From the human T2T-CHM13v2.0 reference genome, Homo sapiens, in assembly GCF_009914755.1 (NCBI RefSeq), contig NC_060939.1: a stretch of 64,000 bases of DNA, one strand, 5' to 3'. Numbering within the stretch: position 1 is the stretch's first letter; every line of letters begins with the position of its first letter. Both the position numbers and the translations under genes were made by a program. Shown one piece after another: positions 1 to 15,100 of the stretch. The notes below the pieces were generated by a model. It searched no databases. It was not told the origin of the DNA and saw only the letters and a program-made list of their open reading frames with translations.

Positions 1-1722
1 TTCCATTCGAATCCATTCCATTCCAGTCCTTTCCATTCGATTCCATTCCATTCATTTCAATTCCATTCCATTCCATTCCATTCCATTCCACTTGATTCCT
101 CTCCATACCCTTCCACTGCATTCCATTCGATTCCATTCCATTGCATTGCATTCCATTCCATTGGATTGCATTCCATTCGATTCCATTCCATTCGAATCAA
201 TTACATAGCAATCCATTACATTCGAGTCTATTCTCTTCCGTTCCATTCGATTTCGTTCCAATCCATTCGATTCCATTCCATTCGATTCCATTCCATACTA
301 TTGCATTCCTTTCGATTAAATTATATTCGAATAAGTTCCATTCAAGACCATTTCTTTTGAGTCCATTCTATTTGAGTCCATTCCCTTTGATTCCATAACA
401 TTTGTGTCCATTCAATTCCATTCCTTTCGTTTCCATTCCATTTGATGCCATTCCATTCAATTCTGTTCTACTCGACTCCAATACATTCAATTCCATTCCA
501 TCCGATTCCATTACATTCTTTTCATTTCTTATCCATTTCAAGCCATTCCACTCCATTCCATTCCACTCGTTTCCTTTCCATTCGAGTCCATTCCTCTCCA
601 GTCCATTCCGTTCAATCCATTCCATTCCAGTCCATTCCATTCGAGTCCGTTCCATTCCATTCGATGTCTTTCCATAACGATCCATTCCATTCTATTCCTT
701 TCGATTCCATTCCATTCTATTTCATTCCATTCGATTCCCTTCCATTGGACTCCTTTCCATTCGAGTGCATTCCATTCCGTTCCATTTCTTTCCATTCTGT
801 ACGATTCCTACCGTTCGATTTCATTTTGTTCCAGTCCATTCCTTTCGCGTCCATTCCATTCCATTTCACTCCATTCGATTCCATTCCACTCGATTCCACT
901 TTGTTCCATTTCATTGCATTCCATTCTATTCAACTCTATTACCCTCCATTCCATTCCATTCGATTACATTCCATGCGATTCCATTCGAAATCGAATCAAT
1001 TACATTGCAATCCATTACTATTGAGTCCGTTTTATTCCAGTCCACTGCATTCTGGTCCATTCCATTTGATTCCATTCCATTCTATTCCATTCCATACAGT
1101 TGCATTCCATTGGATTCCATTCTATATCTATAAATTCAATTCGAGACCATTGCTTTTGAGTCCATTCTATATGATTCCATTCCATTCAAGTCCATTACAT
1201 TTGGTTCAATTCCATTCCATTCCATTCCATTCCCTTCCATTCCATTCCAGTTTATATCAATCCATTCGATTCCATTCCATTCGAGCACATTCCATTCGAG
1301 TCCATTCCATTCGATGCCATTCCATTTGATTCTATTCCATTAGTCTCCATTCTATTCCATTAATCTCCATTCCATTCCATTCTACTCCAACTGATTCCAT
1401 TTCATTCTATTCCTTTCCATTCCATTTCATTCCATTCCATTCCATTCGTGTCCATTCCACTCCAGTCCATTCCATTCGTGTCCATTCCATTCCAGTCCAT
1501 TACATTTGTGTCCACTGCATTCCATTCCACTCCATTCCATATTATTCCATTACACTCCATTCCATTCTATTACTTTCATTTCCATTCAATTCCATTCCAT
1601 TTGATTCCATTCCACTCGGTTTCATTCCATTTGAGTCCACTCCATTCCATTCCATTCCATTCCATTCAGTTCCATTCCATTCTGTTCCATTCCATTCCGT
1701 TCCATTACATTCCATTCCATTC

Positions 1723-1728
1723 GGTACC
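1723..1728. other. KpnI site (GGTACC), first of a once-per-monomer series
   Basis: GGTACC at 1723, 3522, 5316 and so on to ~62450, seen by eye in every full monomer. It predicts a ~1.8-kb KpnI band, the classical D15Z1 signature. Confidence 0.93.
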
Positions 1729-3949
1729 ATTCCATATTGTTCCATTCGATTCCATTCGAATCCATTCCATTCCAGTCCATTCCATTCGATTCCATTCCAT
1801 TCATTTCAATTCCATTCCATTCCATTCCATTCCATTCCACTTGATTCCTCTCCATTCCCTTCCACTGCATTCCGTTCGATTCCATTCCATTGCATTGCAT
1901 TCCAATCCATTGGATTGCATTCCATTCGATTCCATTCCATTCGAATCAATTACATAGCAATCCATTACATTCGAGTCTATTCTATTCCGTTCCATTCGAT
2001 TTCGTTCCAATCCATTCGATTCCATTCCATTCGATTCCATTCCATACTATTGCATTCCATTCGATTACATTATATTCGAATAAGTTCCATTCAAGACCAT
2101 TTCTTTTGAGTCCATTCTATTTGAGTCCATTCCCTTTGATTCCATAACATTTGAGTCCATTCAATTCCATTCCTTTCGTTTCCATTCCATTTGATGCCAT
2201 TCCATTCAATTCTGTTCTACTCGACTCCAATACATTCAATTCCATTCCATCCGATTCCATTACATTCTTTTCATTTCTTATCCATTTCAAGCCATTCCAC
2301 TCCATTCCATTCCACTCGTTTCCTTTCCATTCGAGTCCATTCCTCTCCAGTCCATTCCATTCAATCCATTCCATTCCAGTCCATTCCATTCGAGTCCGTT
2401 CCATTCCAGTCCATTCCATTCGAGTCAATTCCATTCCATTCGATGTCTTTCCATAACGATCCATTCCATTCTATTCCTTTCGATTCCATTCCATTCTATT
2501 TCATTCCATTCGATTCCCTTCCACTGGACTCCTTTCCATTCGAGTGCATTCCATTCCTTTCCATTTCTTTCCGTTCTGTACGATTCCTACCGTTCGATTT
2601 CATTTTGTTCCAGTCCATTCCTTTCGCGTCCATTCCATTCCATTTCACTCCATTCGATTCCATTCCACTCGATTCCACTTCGTTCCATTTCATTGCATTC
2701 CATTCTATTCAACTCTATTGCCTTCCATTCCATTCCATTCGATTACATTCCATGCGATTCCATTCGAAATCGAATCAATTACATTGCAATCCATTACTAT
2801 TGAGTCCGTTTTATTCCAGTCCACTGCATTCTGGTCCATTCCATTTGATTCCATTCCATTCTATTCCATTCCATACAGTTGCATTCCATTGGATTCCATG
2901 CTATATCTATAAATTCAATTCGAGACCATTGCTTTTGAGTCCATTCTATATGATTCCATTCCATTCAAGTCCATTACATTTGGTTCAATTCCATTCCATT
3001 CCATTCCCTTCCATTCCATTCCATTTGATATCAATCCATTCGATTCCATTCCATTCGAGCACATTCCATTCGAGTCCATTCCATTCGATGCCATTCCATT
3101 TGATTCTATTCCATTAGTCTCCATTCAATTCCATTAATCTCCATTCCATTCCATTCTACTCCAACTGATTCCATTCCATTCTATTCCTTTCCATTCCATT
3201 TCATTCCATTCCATTCCATTTCATTCCATTCCATTCCATTCGTGTCCATTCCACTCCAGTCCATTCCATTCGTGTCCATTCCATTCCAGTCCATTCCATT
3301 TGTGTCCACTGCATTCCATTCCACTCCATTCCATATTATTCCATTACACTCCATTCCATTCTATTACTTTCATTTCCATTCAATTCCATTCCATTTGATT
3401 CCATTCCACTCGGTTTCATTCCATTTGAGTCCACTCCATTCCATTCCATTCCATTCCATTCAGTTCCATTCCATTCTGTTCCATTCCATTCCGTTCCATT
3501 ACATTCCATTCCATTCCATTCGGTACCATTCCATATTGTTCCATTCGATTCCATTCGAATCCATTCCATTCCAGTCCATTCCATTCGATTCCATTCCATT
3601 CATTTCAATTCCATTCCATTCCATTCCATTACATTCCACTTGATTCCTCTCCATTCCCTTCCACTGCATTCCGTTCGATTCCATTCCATTGCATTGCATT
3701 CCATTCCATTGGATTGCATTCCATTCGATTCCATTCCATTCGAATCAATTACATAGCAATCCATTACATTCGAGTCTATTCTCTTCCGTTCCATTCGATT
3801 TCGTTCCAATCCATTCGATTCCATTCCATTCGATTCCATTCCATACTATTGCATTCCATTCGATTACATTATATTCGAATAAGTTCCATTCAAGACCATT
3901 TCTTTTGAGTCCATTCTATTTGAGTCCATTCCCTTTGATTCCATAACAT

Positions 3950-5743
3950 TTGAGTCCATTCAATTCCATTCCTTTCGTTTCCATTCCATTTGATGCCATT
4001 CCATTCAATTCTGTTCTACTCGACTCCAATACATTCAATTCCATTCCATCCGATTCCATTACATTCTTTTCATTTCTTATCCATTTCAAGCCATTCCACT
4101 CCATTCCATTCCACTCGTTTCCTTTCCATTCGAGTCCATTCCTCTCCAGTCCATTCCGTTCAATCCATTCCATTCCAGTCCATTCCATTCGAGTCCGTTC
4201 CATTCCAGTCCATTCCATTCGAGTCAATTCCATTCCATTCGATGTCTTTCCATAACGATCCATTCCATTCTATTCCTTTCGATTCCATTCCATTCTATTT
4301 CATTCCATTCGATTCCCTTCCATTGGACTCCTTTCCATTCGAGTGCATTCCATTCCGTTCCATTTCTTTCCGTTCTGTACGATTCCTACCGTTCGATTTC
4401 ATTTTGTTCCAGTCCATTCCTTTCGCGTCCATTCCATTCCATTTCACTCCATTCGATTCCATTCCACTCGATTCCACTTCGTTCCATTTCATTGCATTCC
4501 ATTCTATTCAACTCTATTGCCTTCCATTCCATTCCATTCGATTACATTCCATGCGATTCCATTCGAAATCGAATCAATTACATTGCAATCCATTACTATT
4601 GAGTCCGTTTTATTCCAGTCCACTGCATTCTGGTCCATTCCATTTGATTCCATTCCATTCTATTCCATTCCATACAGTTGCATTCCATTGGATTCCATGC
4701 TATATCTATAAATTCAATTCGAGACCATTGCTTTTGAGTCCATTCTATATGATTCCATTCCATTCAAGTCCATTACATTTGGTTCAATTCCATTCCATTC
4801 CATTCCCTTCCATTCCATTCCATTTGATATCAATCCATTCGATTCCATTCCATTCGAGCACATTCCATTCGAGTCCATTCCATTCGATGCCATTCCATTT
4901 GATTCTATTCCATTAGTCTCCATTCAATTCCATTAATCTCCATTCCATTCCATTCTACTCCAACTGATTCCATTCCATTCTATTCCTTTCCATTCCATTT
5001 CATTCCATTCCATTCCATTTCATTCCATTCCATTCCATTCGTGTCCATTCCACTCCAGTCCATTCCATTCGTGTCCATTCCATTCCAGTCCATTCCATTT
5101 GTGTCCACTGCATTCCATTCCACTCCATTCCATATTATTCCATTACACTCCATTCCATTCTATTACTTTCATTTCCATTCAATTCCATTCCATTTGATTC
5201 CATTCCACTCGGTTTCATTCCATTTGAGTCCACTCCATTCCATTCCATTCCATTCCATTCAGTTCCATTCCATTCTGTTCCATTCCATTCCGTTCCATTA
5301 CATTCCATTCCATTCGGTACCATTCCATATTGTTCCATTCGATTCCATTCGAATCCATTCCATTCCAGTCCATTCCATTCGATTCCATTCCATTCATTTC
5401 AATTCCATTCCATTCCATTCCATTACATTCCACTTGATTCCTCTCCATTCCCTTCCACTGCATTCCGTTCGATTTCATTCCATTGCATTGCATTCCATTC
5501 CATTGGATTGCATTCCATTCGATTCCATTCCATTCGAATCAATTACATAGCAATCCATTACATTCGAGTCTATTCTCTTCCGTTCCATTCGATTTCGTTC
5601 CAATCCATTCGATTCCATTCCATTCGATTCCATTCCATACTATTGCATTCCATTCGATTACATTATATTCGAATAAGTTCCATTCAAGACCATTTCTTTT
5701 GAGTCCATTCTATTTGAGTCCATTCCCTTTGATTCCATAACAT
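3950..5743 (+). repeat. Representative 1794-bp monomer (modal long form)
   Basis: Landmark-to-landmark distance 3950 to 5744. It contains the invariant marker order CTACTCGACTCCAATAC, CATAACGATCC, CTGTACGATTCCTACCG, TTTCGCGTCC, CGAAATCGAATC, GATATC, GTGTCC x3, GGTACC, ACATAGCAATCC, GAATAAG. Confidence 0.95.
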
Positions 5744-8700
5744 TTGAGTCCATTCAATTCCATTCCTTTCGTTTCCATTCCATTTGATGCCATTCCATTC
5801 AATTCTGTTCTACTCGACTCCAATACATTCAATTCCATTCCATCCGATTCCATTACATTCTTTTCATTTCTTATCCATTTCAAGCCATTCCACTCCATTC
5901 CATTCCACTCGTTTCCTTTCCATTCGAGTCCATTCCTCTCCAGTCCATTCCGTTCAATCCATTCCATTCCAGTCCATTCCATTCGAGTCCGTTCCATTCC
6001 AGTCCATTCCATTCGAGTCAATTCCATTCCATTCGATGTCTTTCCATAACGATCCATTCCATTCTATTCCTTTCGATTCCATTCCATTCTATTTCATTCC
6101 ATTCGATTCCCTTCCATTGGACTCCTTTCCATTCGAGTGCATTCCATTCCGTTCCATTTCTTTCCGTTCTGTACGATTCCTACCGTTCGATTTCATTTTG
6201 TTCCAGTCCATTCCTTTCGCGTCCATTCCATTCCATTTCACTCCATTCGATTCCATTCCATTCGATTCCATTCTACTCGATTCCACTTCGTTCCATTTCA
6301 TTGCATTCCATTCTATTCAACTCTATTGCCTTCCATTCCATTCCATTCGATTACATTCCATGCGATTCCATTCGAAATCGAATCAATTACATTGAAATTC
6401 ATTACTATTTAGTCCGTTTTATTCCAGTCCACTGCATTCTGGTCCATTCCATTTGATTCCATTCCATTCTATTCCATTCCATACAGTTGCATTCCATTGG
6501 ATTCCATGCTATATCTATAAATTCAATTCGAGACCATTGCTTTTGAGTCCATTCTATATGATTCCATTCCATTCAAGTCCATTACATTTGGTTCAATTCC
6601 ATTCCATTCCATTCCCTTCCATTCCATTCCATTTGATATCAATCCATTCAATTCCATTCCATTCGAGCACATTCCATTCGAGTCCATTCCATTCGATGCC
6701 ATTCCATTTGATTCTATTCCATTAGTCTCCATTCAATTCCATTAATCTCCATTCCATTCCATTCTATTCCAACTGATTCCATTCCATTCTATTCCTTTCC
6801 ATTCCATTTCATTCCATTCCATTCCATTTCATTCCATTCCATTCCATTCGTGTCCATTCCACTCCAGTCCATTCCATTCGTGTCCATTCCATTCCAGTCC
6901 ATTCCATTTGTGTCCACTGCATTCCATTCCACTCCATTCCATATTATTCCATTACACTCCATTCCATTCTATTACTTTCATTTCCATTCAATTCCATTCC
7001 ATTTGATTCCATTCCACTCGGTTTCATTCCATTTGAGTCCACTCCATTCCATTCCATTCCATTCCATTCAGTTCCATTCCATTCTGTTCCATTCCATTCC
7101 GTTCCATTCGGTACCATTCCATAGTGTTCCATTCGATTCCACTCGAATCCATTCCATTCCAGTCCTTTCCATTCGATTCCATTCCATTCATTTCAATTCC
7201 ATTCCATTCCATTCCATTCCATTCCACTTGATTCCTCTCCATTCCCTTCCACTGCATTCCGTTCGATTCCATTCCATTGCATTGCATTCCATTCCATTGG
7301 ATTGCATTCCATTCGATTCCATTCCATTCGAATCAATTACATAGCAATCCATTACATTCGAGTCTATTCTCTTCCGTTCCATTCGATTTCGTTCCAATCC
7401 ATTCGATTCCATTCCATTCGATTCCATTCCATACTATTGCATTCCATTCGATTAAATTATATTCGAATAAGTTCCATTCAAGACCATTTCTTTTGAGTCC
7501 ATTCTATTTGAGTCCATTCCCTTTGATTCCATAACATTTGAGTCCATTCAATTCCATTCCTTTCGTTTCCATTCCATTTGATGCCATTCCATTCAATTCT
7601 GTTCTACTCGACTCCAATACATTCAATTCCATTCCATCCGATTCCATTACATTCTTTTCATTTCTTATCCATTTCAAGCCATTCCACTCCATTCCATTCC
7701 ACTCGTTTCCTTTCCATTCGAGTCCATTCCTCTCCAGTCCATTCCGTTCAATCCATTCCATTCCAGTCCATTCCATTCGAGTCCGTTCCATTCCATTCGA
7801 TGTCTTTCCATAACGATCCATTCCATTCTATTCCTTTCGATTCCATTCCATTCTATGTCATTCCATTCGATTCCCTTCCATTGGACTCCTTTCCATTCGA
7901 GTGCATTCCATTCCGTTCCATTTCTTTCCATTCTGTACGATTCCTACCGTTCGATTTCATTTTGTTCCAGTCCATTCCTTTCGCGTCCATTCCATTCCAT
8001 TTCACTCCATTCGATTCCATTCCACTCGATTCCACTTTGTTCCATTTCATTGCATTCCATTCTATTCAACTCTATTGCCCTCCATTCCATTCCATTCGAT
8101 TACATTCCATGCGATTCCATTCGAAATCGAATCAATTACATTGCAATCCATTACTATTGAGTCCGTTTTATTCCAGTCCACTGCATTCTGGTCCATTCCA
8201 TTTGATTCCATTCCATTCTATTCCATTCCATACAGTTGCATTCCATTGGATTCCATTCTATATCTATAAATTCAATTCGAGACCATTGCTTTTGAGTCCA
8301 TTCTATATGATTCCATTCCATTCAAGTCCATTACATTTGGTTCAATTCCATTCCATTCCATTCCCTTCCATTCCATTCCAGTTGATATCAATCCATTCGA
8401 TTCCATTCCATTCGAGCACATTCCATTCGAGTCCATTCCATTCGATGCCATTCCATTTGATTCTATTCCATTAGTCTCCATTCAATTCCATTAATCTCCA
8501 TTCCATTCCATTCTACTCCAACTGATTCCATTCCATTCTATTCCTTTCCATTCCATTTCATTCCATTCCATTCCATTTCATTCCATTCCATTCCATTCGT
8601 GTCCATTCCACTCCAGTCCATTCCATTCGTGTCCATTCCATTCCAGTCCATTCCATTTGTGTCCACTGCATTCCATTCCACTCCATTCCATATTATTCCA

Positions 8701-11700
8701 TTACACTCCATTCCATTCTATTACTTTCATTTCCATTCAATTCCATTCCATTTGATTCCATTCCACTCGGTTTCATTCCATTTGAGTCCACTCCATTCCA
8801 TTCCATTCCATTCCATTCAGTTCCATTCCATTCTGTTCCATTCCATTCCGTTCCATTACATTCCATTCCATTCGGTACCATTCCATATTGTTCCATTCGA
8901 TTCCATTCGAATCCATTCCATTCCAGTCCATTCCATTCGATTCCATTCCATTCATTTCAATTCCATTCCATTCCATTCCATTCCATTCCACTTGATTCCT
9001 CTCCATTCCCTTCCACTGCATTCCGTTCGATTCCATTCCATTGCATTGCATTCCATTCCATTGGATTGCATTCCATTCGATTCCATTCCATTCGAATCAA
9101 TTACATAGCAATCCATTACATTCCAGTCTATTCTATTCCGTTCCATTCGATTTCGTTCCAATCCATTCGATTCCATTCCATTCGATTCCATTCCATACTA
9201 TTGCATTCCATTCGATTACATTATATTCGAATAAGTTCCATTCAAGACCATTTCTTTTGAGTCCATTCTATTTGAGTCCATTCCCTTTGATTCCATAACA
9301 TTTGAGTCCATTCAATTCCATTCCTTTCGTTTCCATTCCATTTGATGCCATTCCATTCAATTCTGTTCTACTCGACTCCAATACATTCAATTCCATTCCA
9401 TCCGATTCCATTACATTCTTTTCATTTCTTATCCATTTCAAGCCATTCCACTCCATTCCATTCCACTCGTTTCCTTTCCATTCGAGTCCATTCCTCTCCA
9501 GTCCATTCCGTTCAATCCATTCCATTCCAGTCCATTCCATTCGAGTCCGTTCCATTCCAGTCCATTCCATTCGAGTCAATTCCAACCCATTCGATGTCTT
9601 TCCATAACGATCCATTCCATTCTATTCCTTTCGATTCCATTCCATTCTATTTCATTCCATTCGATTCCCTTCCATTGGACTCCTTTCCATTCGAGTGCAT
9701 TCCATTCCGTTCCATTTCTTTCCGTTCTGTACGATTCCTACCGTTCGATTTCATTTTGTTCCAGTCCATTCCTTTCGCGTCCATTCCATTCCATTTCACT
9801 CCATTCGATTCCATTCCACTCGATTCCACTTCGTTCCATTTCATTGCATTCCATTCTATTCAACTCTATTGCCTTCCATTCCATTCCATTCGATTACATT
9901 CCATGCGATTCCATTCGAAATCGAATCAATTACATTGCAATCCATTACTATTGAGTCCGTTTTATTCCAGTCCACTGCATTCTGGTCCATTCCATTTGAT
10001 TCCATTCCATTCTATTCCATTCCATACAGTTGCATTCCATTGGATTCCATGCTATATCTATAAATTCAATTCGAGACCATTGCTTTTGAGTCCATTCTAT
10101 ATGATTCCATTCCATTCAAGTCCATTACATTTGGTTCAATTCCATTCCATTCCATTCCCTTCCATTCCATTCCATTTGATATCAATCCATTCGATTCCAT
10201 TCCATTCGAGCACATTCCATTCGAGTCCATTCCATTCGATGCCATTCCATTTGATTCTATTCCATTAGTCTCCATTGTATTCCATTAATCTCCATTCCAT
10301 TCCATTCTACTCCAACTGATTCCACTTCATTCTATTCCTTTCCATTCCATTTCATTCCATTCCATTCCATTCGTGTCCATTCCACTCCAGTCCATTCCAT
10401 TCGTGTCCATTCCATTCCAGTCCATTACATTTGTGTCCACTGCATTCCATTCCACTCCATTCCATATTATTCCATTACACTCCATTCCATTCTATTACTT
10501 TCATTTCCATTCAATTCCATTCCATTTGATTCCATTCCACTCGGTTTCATTCCATTTGAGTCCACTCCATTCCATTCCATTCCATTCCATTCAGTTCCAT
10601 TCCATTCTGTTCCATTCCATTCCGTTCCATTACATTCCATTCCATTCGGTACCATTCCATATTGTTCCATTCGATTCCATTCGAATCCATTCCATTCCAG
10701 TCCATTCCATTCGATTCCATTCCATTCATTTCAATTCCATTCCATTCCATTCCATTCCATTCCATTCCACTTGATTCCTCTCCATTCCCTTCCACTGCAT
10801 TCCGTTCGATTCCATTCCATTGCATTGCATTCCATTCCATTGGATTGCATTCCATTCGATTCCATTCCATTCGAATCAATTACATAGCAATCCATTACAT
10901 TCGAGTCTATTCTCTTCCGTTCCATTCGATTTCGTTCCAATCCATTCGATTCCATTCCATTCGATTCCATTCCATACTATTGCATTCCATTCTATTACAT
11001 TATATTCGAATAAGTTCCATTCAAGACCATTTCTTTTGAGTCCATTCTATTTGAGTCCATTCCCTTTGATTCCATCACATTTGAGTCCATTCAATTCCAT
11101 TCCTTTCGTTTCCATTCCATTTGATGCCATTCCATTCAATTCTGTTCTACTCGACTCCAATACATTCAATTCCATTCCATCCGATTCCATTACATTCTTT
11201 TCATTTCTTATCCATTTCAAGCCATTCCACTCCATTCCATTCCACTCGTTTCCTTTCCATTCGAGTCCATTCCTCTCCAGTCCATTCCGTTCAATCCATT
11301 CCATTCCAGTCCATTCCATTCGAGTCCGTTCCATTCCAATCCATTCCATTCGAGTCAATTCCATCCCATTCGATGTCTTTCCATAACGATCCATTCCATT
11401 CTATTCCTTTCGATTCCATTCCATTCTATTTCATTCCATTCGATTCCCTTCCATTGGACTCCTTTCCATTCGAGTGCATTCCATTCCGTTCCATTTCTTT
11501 CCGTTCTGTACGATTCCTACCGTTCGATTTCATTTTGTTCCAGTCCATTCCTTTCGCGTCCATTCCATTCCATTTCACTCCATTCGATTCCATTCCATTC
11601 GATTCCATTCTACTCGATTCCACTTCGTTCCATTTCATTGCATTCCATTCTATTCAACTCTATTGCCTTCCATTCCATTCCATTCGATTACATTCCATGC

Positions 11701-12186
11701 GATTCCATTCGAAATCGAATCAATTACATTGAAATTCATTACTATTTAGTCCGTTTTATTCCAGTCCACTGCATTCTGGTCCATTCCATTTGATTCCATT
11801 CCATTCTATTCCATTCCATACAGTTGCATTCCATTGGATTCCATGCTATATCTATAAATTCAATTCGAGACCATTGCTTTTGAGTCCATTCTATATGATT
11901 CCATTCCATTCAAGTCCATTACATTTGGTTCAATTCCATTCCATTCCATTCCCTTCCATTCCATTCCAGTTGATATCAATCCATTCGATTCCATTCCATT
12001 CGAGCACATTCCATTCGAGTCCATTCCATTCGATGCCATTCCATTTGATTCTATTCCATTAGTCTCCATTCAATTCCATTAATCTCCATTCCATTCCATT
12101 CTACTCCAACTGATTCCATTCCATTCTATTCCTTTCCATTCCATTTCATTCCATTCCATTCCATTTCATTCCATTCCATTCCATTC

Positions 12187-15100
12187 GTGTCCATTCCACT
12201 CCAGTCCATTCCATTCGTGTCCATTCCATTCCAGTCCATTCCATTTGTGTCCACTGCATTCCATTCCACTCCATTCCATATTATTCCTTTACACTCCATT
12301 CCATTCTATTACTTTCATTTCCATTCAATTCCATTCCATTTGATTCCATTCCACTCGGTTTCATTCCATTTGAGTCCACTCCATTCCATTCCATTCCATT
12401 CAGTTCCATTACATTCCATTCCATTCGGTACCATTCCATATTGTTCCATTCGATTCCATTCGAATCCATTCCATTCCAGTCCATTCCATTCGATTCCATT
12501 CCATTCATTTCAATTCCATTCCATTCCATTCCATTACATTCCACTTGATTCCTCTCCATTCCCTTCCACTGCATTCCGTTCGATTCCATTCCATTGCATT
12601 GCATTCCATTCCATTGGATTGCATTCCATTCGATTCCATTCCATTCGAATCAATTACATAGCAATCCATTACATTCGAGTCTATTCTATTCCGTTCCATT
12701 CGATTTTGTTCCAATCCATTCGATTCCATTCCATTCGATTCCATTCCATACTATTGCATTCCATTCGATTACATTATATTCGAATAAGTTCCATTCAAGA
12801 CCATTTCTTTTGAGTCCATTCTGAGTCCATTCCCTTTGATTCCATAACATTTGAGTCCATTCAATTCCATTCCTTTCGTTTCCATTCCATTTGATGCCAT
12901 TCCATTCAATTCTGTTCTACTCGACTCCAATACATTCAATTCCATTCCATCCGATTCCATTACATTCTTTTCATTTCTTATCCATTTCAAGCCATTCCAC
13001 TCCATTCCATTCCACTCGTTTCCTTTCCATTCGAGTCCATTCCTCTCCAGTCCATTCCGTTCAATCCATTCCATTCCAGTCCATTCCATTCGAGTCCGTT
13101 CCATTCCAGTCCATTCCATTCGATTCAATTCCATTCCATTCGATGTCTTTCCATAACGATCCATTCCATTCTATTCCTTTCGATTCCATTCCATTCTATT
13201 TCATTCCATTCGATTCCCTTCCATTGGACTCCTTTCCATTCGAGTGCATTCCATTCCGTTCCATTTCTTTCCGTTCTGTACGATTCCTACCGTTCGATTT
13301 CATTTTGTTCCAGTCCATTCCTTTCGCGTCCATTCCATTCCATTTCACTCCATTCGATTCCATTCCACTCGATTCCACTTCGTTCCATTTCATTGCATTC
13401 CATTCTATTCAACTCTATTGCCTTCCATTCCATTCCATTCGATTACATTCCATGCGATTCCATTCGAAATCGAATCAATTACATTGCAATCCATTACAAT
13501 TGAGTCCGTTTTATTCCAGTCCACTGCATTCTGGTCCATTCCATTTGATTCCATTCCATTCTATTCCATTCCATACAGTTGCATTCCTTTGGATTCCATG
13601 CTATATATATAAATTCAATTCGAGACCATTGCTTTTGAGTCCATTCTATATGATTCCATTCCATTCAAGTCCATTACATTTGGTTCAATTCCATTCCATT
13701 CCATTCCCTTCCATTCCATTCCAGTTGATATCAATCCATTCGATTCCATTCCATTCGAGCACATTCCATTCGAGTCCATTCCATTCGATGCCATTCCATT
13801 TGATTCTATTCCATTAGTCTCCATTCAATTCCATTAATCTCCATTCCATTCCATTCTACTCCAACTGATTCCATTCCATTCTATTCCTTTCCATTCCATT
13901 TCATTCCATTCCATTCCATTTCATTCCATTCCATTCCATTCGTGTCCATTCCACTCCAGTCCATTCCATTCGTGTCCATTCCATTCCAGTCCATTCCATT
14001 TGTGTCCACTGCATTCCATTACACTCCATTCCATATTATTCCATTACACTCCATTCCATTCTATTACTTTCATTTCCATTCAATTCCATTCCATTTGATT
14101 CCATTCCACTCGGTTTCATTCCATTTGAGTCCACTCCATTCCATTCCATTCCATTCAGTTCCATTACATTCCATTCCATTCGGTACCATTCCATATTGTT
14201 CCATTCGATTCCATTCGAATCCATTCCATTCCAGTCCATTCCATTCGATTCCATTCCATTCATTTCAATTCCATTCCATTCCATTCCATTACATTCCACT
14301 TGATTCCTCTCCATTCCCTTCCACTGCATTCCGTTCGATTCCATTCCATTGCATTGCATTCCATTCCATTGGATTGCATTCCATTCGATTCCATTCCATT
14401 CGAATAAATTACATAGCAATCCATTACATTCGAGTCTATTCTATTCCGTTCCATTCGATTTTGTTCCAATCCATTCGATTCCATTCCATTCGATTCCATT
14501 CCATACTATTGCATTCCATTCGATTACATTATATTCGAATAAGTTCCATTCAAGACCATTTCTTTTGAGTCCATTCTATTTGAGTCCATTCCCTTTGATT
14601 CCATAACATTTGAGTCCATTCAATTCCATTCCTTTCGTTTCCATTCCATTTGATGCCATTCCATTCAATTCTGTTCTACTCGACTCCAATACATTCAATT
14701 CCATTCCATCCGATTCCATTACATTCTTTTCATTTCTTATCCATTTCAAGCCATTCCACTCCATTCCATTCCACTCGTTTCCTTTCCATTCGAGTCCATT
14801 CCTCTCCAGTCCATTCCATTCAATCCATTCCATTCCAGTCCATTCCATTCGAGTCCGTTCCATTCCAGTCCATTCCATTCGAGTCAATTCCATTCCATTC
14901 GATGTCTTTCCATAACGATCCATTCCATTCTATTCCTTTCGATTCCATTCCATTCTATTTCATTCCATTCGATTCCCTTCCATTGGACTCCTTTCCATTC
15001 GAGTGCATTCCATTCCGTTCCATTTCTTTCCGTTCTGTACGATTCCTACCGTTCGATTTCATTTTGTTCCAGTCCATTCCTTTCGCGTCCATTCCATTCC

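Noticed and set aside
1123-1135. TATA-like CTATAAA / TATATATAAA once per monomer as a promoter
   Set aside because: It is a short AT-rich match within the internally duplicated block, with no other supporting promoter evidence, so it cannot be called from sequence alone.
2117-2464. Recurrent minus-strand MEWNG-repeat ORFs
   Set aside because: These are direct translations of (GGAAT)n, a well-known source of spurious database proteins. There is no promoter, splice or codon evidence.
2191-3117. Recurrent 308-aa + strand ORF (MMPFHSILF...) and the other HSIPF-rich ORFs
   Set aside because: Pure (CATTC)n has no stop codon in any frame, so long ORFs are expected. The products are low-complexity FHSIP repeats with no domain, many begin at TTG/GTG, and they are freely broken by stops and frameshifts in several copies (e.g. 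6395, 39865, 52383, 56334).
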